This document shows, in pieces, positions 60,902 to 64,000 of a stretch of 64,000 bases of DNA. A program made the position numbers and the translations under genes. This DNA is from Limisphaerales bacterium. Its GTDB lineage: Bacteria > Verrucomicrobiota > Verrucomicrobiia > Limisphaerales > SIBE01. The stretch is from assembly GCA_044225505.1 (NCBI GenBank), contig JBGAIN010000013.1, forward strand, positions 1 through 64,000. Direction: 5' to 3'. The notes below the pieces were generated by a model. That model made no database searches. It was given only the letters and a program-made list of their open reading frames with translations, and was not told the origin of the DNA. Numbering within the stretch: position 1 is the first letter of the stretch; each line of letters begins with the position of its first letter.

Positions 60902-63267
60902 TGCTCTCTCATCTCGACCGCAAGGTGTGGCGCGACCTGCGCAAGATGACCGGCCAAGCGGTGGCGGTCTCGCTGGTAATGGCTTGTGGGTTGGCCATGA
61001 TGATCATGGCTCGCAGCTTGATCCACTCCCTGGAAAGCACCCGGCTCGAGTATTACCAGTCCCATCGATTCGCTCAGGTCTTTGCGCAACTCAAGCGAGC
61101 CCCAAATTCTCTCGCTGCGCGCATTGCGGAGATCCCTGGCATCGCAACGGTCCAGACTGGCATTTCCGCGCAGATCACGCTGGATCTTCCGGGGCTGGAC
61201 GAACCGGCGAGCGGACTGATGCGTTCGTTGCCGGATTTCGGCGTGCCTGAGCTCAACCGCCTATTCTTGCGCGCGGGGCAATGGCTCACCCCGGGCAGCC
61301 GCGGCTTCGTTTTGGTGGGAGAAGCTTTTGCGGAGGCGAATCAGCTTCGCCCGGGCGACTCCATCGGCGTGCTTTTGAACGGACGCCGCCAGCAGTTTCG
61401 CATTGCTGGGATTGTCCTTTCACCGGAATTTATTTTTGAATCGCGTCCGGGAAGTGCGCTGCCCGACAACCGGACCTACGGGATCTTTTGGATGCCTTAT
61501 AAAGAGCTGGCGACAGCCTTTAGTCTCGATGGCGCGTTCAATTTCCTTTCGTTGACTCTCGCGCCCGGAGCGGCCGAACGCCCGGTCATTGCAGAGTTGG
61601 ACAAGTTATTAACTCCCTACGGAGCGCGTGGAGCGTATTCGCGCGCGGATCACCCGTCGCATATTCGCGTCTCCGACGAGATCCGGATTCTGCAAACGCT
61701 TTCGGTGGGCTTTCCGACGGTGTTTCTGAGCGTGGCGGCGTTTATGACGAACGCGGTGTTATCTCGACTTCTGGCTCTGCAGCGGGAGCAGATTGCGATC
61801 TTAAAAGCCTTCGGTTTTACGAACCGCCAGATCGTGGTGCACTATCTAAAGTTCGCCCTGGTGATGGTAGCGGCGGGAACATTGCTGGGCGCGATTGGCG
61901 GAGTCGCTATGGGCCACCGGCTAGTTCTGCTTTATCACCGTTTCTTTCGCTTCCCCGAATTGGATTTTCGTTTGGACCATACCGCCTTCCCGCTCGCCTT
62001 AGTGGTGAGCGCAGCGGCGGCGTTACTAGGAGTGCTCAGTTCGGTGCGGCGCGCCGCCCGGTTGCCTCCCGCGGAAGCCATGCGCCCGGAGCCGCCCGCG
62101 AGTTACCGTCCAGCCCTGCTCGAACGGACGGGCATTTCTCATTTCCTTTCGCATACTTTCCGAATAGCGGTCCGCAACCTGGAACGGAAGCCAGTCCAGG
62201 CGCTCTTCACGATCCTGGGGTTGGCTTTGGCGACCGGCATTCTCATCGTGCCGAACTGCTTTCGCGATGGGGTGGCGGAAGTGATGGACTTTCAATGGGA
62301 TGTCGTGCAACGCCAAGACGTCACTATCGGACTGGTGGAACCGGCCAGTTTCCAAGTCAGCCACTTGTTCGAGCAGTTACCCGGAGTCATCCTGGCAGAG
62401 CCGATCCGCGGCGCGGCGGTGCGCCTTCATTTCGGATCGCGGCACCGTCAGATCGCTATTCAAGGGCTTCTGTCGAACGGCGAACATAACCGTGTGATCG
62501 ATGGTCGAAGTCGCCAGATTCCGCTCCCGCCCGAGGGTCTGGTCGTCTCGGCCAAATTGGCAGAAGTGCTGGGCGCTCGTATTGGGGACGAGTTGCTGGT
62601 GGAAATGCTCGAGGGTCGGCGAACGGTGCAGCCCGTCCGTTTAACGGGCCTCTCGGAGGATTTTGCCGGCATCGCGGCCTACATGGATTTGCACGCAGTC
62701 AACCGGCTTTTGCAGGAAGGGGACGTGATCAGCGGGGCCAGTTTCAAGGTGGATAAAGCTCAATGGAGCGTCTTCTTGCGCGCGCTCAAAGGTATTCCGC
62801 GAGTCAGTTGGGTGGCCGTCAAGGAATCGTTACGAACGAACTTCCGCCAGACGACCGCCGCTAGTATTAACCTCCTGCAAACGATCTATCTCTCCTTTGC
62901 CACCGTGGTCGCTTTCGGTGTGGTTTATAATAATGCGCGAATCTCGCTGGCGGAACGTGCGCGGGAACTCGCGACGCTCCGCGTCATTGGCTTTTCCCGC
63001 CGGGAAGTGGGAACGGTGCTGGTGACAGAGTTAGTCTTGTTAGCGCTCATCGCTGTTCCGTTGGGACTGGTCTTGGGGACCGGTTTTGCCACAGGCATTC
63101 TTAAAGCGGTGAACACGGAGACCGTGCGATTGCCGCTGGTATTGACCCTGAGAAATTATACATTCGCCGTGCTGACCGTCACGGTGGCGTCGACGTTGTC
63201 CGCATTGTTTGTGTTGCGCCGATTGAATCAACTGAATCTGGTTAGTGCTCTGAAAGCGCCGGAATAA
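60901..63267 (+). CDS. ABC transporter permease with two FtsX/MacB-like halves
   Basis: Start [13 protein letters not shown] overlapping the upstream TAA; QREQIAILKAFG and RARELATLRVIG motifs. Confidence 0.92.
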   Translation: MLSHLDRKVWRDLRKMTGQAVAVSLVMACGLAMMIMARSLIHSLESTRLEYYQSHRFAQVFAQLKRAPNSLAARIAEIPGIATVQTGISAQITLDLPGLDEPASGLMRSLPDFGVPELNRLFLRAGQWLTPGSRGFVLVGEAFAEANQLRPGDSIGVLLNGRRQQFRIAGIVLSPEFIFESRPGSALPDNRTYGIFWMPYKELATAFSLDGAFNFLSLTLAPGAAERPVIAELDKLLTPYGARGAYSRADHPSHIRVSDEIRILQTLSVGFPTVFLSVAAFMTNAVLSRLLALQREQIAILKAFGFTNRQIVVHYLKFALVMVAAGTLLGAIGGVAMGHRLVLLYHRFFRFPELDFRLDHTAFPLALVVSAAAALLGVLSSVRRAARLPPAEAMRPEPPASYRPALLERTGISHFLSHTFRIAVRNLERKPVQALFTILGLALATGILIVPNCFRDGVAEVMDFQWDVVQRQDVTIGLVEPASFQVSHLFEQLPGVILAEPIRGAAVRLHFGSRHRQIAIQGLLSNGEHNRVIDGRSRQIPLPPEGLVVSAKLAEVLGARIGDELLVEMLEGRRTVQPVRLTGLSEDFAGIAAYMDLHAVNRLLQEGDVISGASFKVDKAQWSVFLRALKGIPRVSWVAVKESLRTNFRQTTAASINLLQTIYLSFATVVAFGVVYNNARISLAERARELATLRVIGFSRREVGTVLVTELVLLALIAVPLGLVLGTGFATGILKAVNTETVRLPLVLTLRNYTFAVLTVTVASTLSALFVLRRLNQLNLVSALKAPE

Positions 63268-63282
63268 CGCATTCCTTGTTTC

Positions 63283-64000
63283 ATGAACTCCGTTTCCTCT
63301 GATGCTCAAGCCGCGCACGCTGCCGCGCGCGTCGTGGAGCGAAACCGCCGCCGCCGATGGTTGCCCTGGTTGGGCGCCGGGTTGCTCGTGGCATTGATCG
63401 TGGTGGGTCTCTGGCCGCAACCAACGCCGGTGGAAACGGCGGCGGTTCGGACCGGTCCGCTGCGCATGAGCATCAACGAAGAAGGCAAGACGCGGATTCG
63501 GCAGCGTTTTGCCGTGGCCGCGCCCGTCACGGGTCAGTTGCGCCGCGTTGAGCTCAAGCCGGGCGCCGAAGTTCAGGCTGGTAGCACGGTCGTCGCGATC
63601 ATCGATCCATTGCCTCCCGTGTTGCTCGATGCGCGCAGCCGCGCTTTGGCCGAAGCCCGGCGCGACAGCGCGGTCGCCAATCTCGAGAAAGCGCGCGCGG
63701 CCCACACCTTTGCTCTGCAGGAACTGCGACGGTTTGAGAAGCTATTTAACGCCCAAGCGGTCTCCGTGCAGGAACTGGAGCCTCTCCAATGGCGCGAGAC
63801 CGCCAGCGCTCGCGATTTGGCGGTGGCGGAAAGTGCGGTGCGCCAAGCCGAGGCGGAACTGGCGGAGTTTGCCGCCGGAGCCAATGCTACCGGGACGGTT
63901 TGCAAAACCCCGACGGAAATCAAAGCGCCGTCAAGTGGTCGAGTCTTGCGTGTTTTCGAAGAGAGCTCGCGCGTGGTCGCGGCGGGCACGCCACTGTTGG
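63283..64000 (+). CDS. Periplasmic adaptor subunit (HlyD/MacA-like); runs off the window end
   Basis: Manual translation: MNSVSS...RRRWLPWLGAGLLVALIVVGLWP...EEGKTRIRQRFAVAAPVTG, then a helical hairpin and IKAPSSGRVL. Confidence 0.88.
   Translation, partial: MNSVSSDAQAAHAAARVVERNRRRRWLPWLGAGLLVALIVVGLWPQPTPVETAAVRTGPLRMSINEEGKTRIRQRFAVAAPVTGQLRRVELKPGAEVQAGSTVVAIIDPLPPVLLDARSRALAEARRDSAVANLEKARAAHTFALQELRRFEKLFNAQAVSVQELEPLQWRETASARDLAVAESAVRQAEAELAEFAAGANATGTVCKTPTEIKAPSSGRVLRVFEESSRVVAAGTPLL

Noticed and set aside
1..64000. Many long antisense or alternative-frame ORFs (e.g. 3274..4002, 26029..26739, 33276..34040, 52322..53230, 57417..58190, 58293..59105)
   Set aside because: They are shadows of well-supported genes, expected in GC-rich DNA, with no motifs of their own
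1..64000. rRNA, tRNA, transposase, integrase or phage genes
   Set aside because: None recognised by motif or structure on either strand; a tRNAscan/Infernal run would be needed to exclude RNAs fully

Overview
GC-rich bacterial chromosomal window, most likely Verrucomicrobiota of the Pedosphaera/Limisphaera-like group. This is inferred from H-X9-DG prepilin-like proteins, Verru_Chthon-type pilin genes, PQQ-like propellers and Thr-Asn-rich secreted proteins. Left to right: partial glcF, uvrC and a response regulator. Then a MarR-associated minus-strand cluster: two PQQ-like beta-propellers, a GriC/EhpF-like adenylating protein, an atypical aldehyde dehydrogenase/acyl-reductase and an Fe-alcohol dehydrogenase. 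Then an orphan E1-alpha, a hybrid histidine kinase, and a type IV pilin locus (two near-identical pilins, ABC transporter, His-rich TPR protein, YfhO-like glycosyltransferase, sigma-54-type promoters). Then a sugar catabolic operon, an intergenic 11-bp tandem repeat, a 6S-like structured RNA candidate and a tandem kinase-pseudokinase gene. The most striking element is a ~17.5-kb minus-strand unit in which a degenerate BrnT/BrnA-like pair heads six pilin-like genes in G-G-H-I-J-K order, the last of 1306 aa, followed by a ~2720-aa KP-43-type subtilase with six copies of a C-terminal beta-domain. The window ends with purSQ-hicAB-purL-purF, two 2-hydroxyacid dehydrogenases with an aldolase, and a MacAB-like ABC exporter. 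Three genes are broken by frameshifts or a deletion, possibly assembly errors. No rRNA, tRNA, CRISPR array or transposase was recognised. All product calls come from motif reading by eye, not from database searches.
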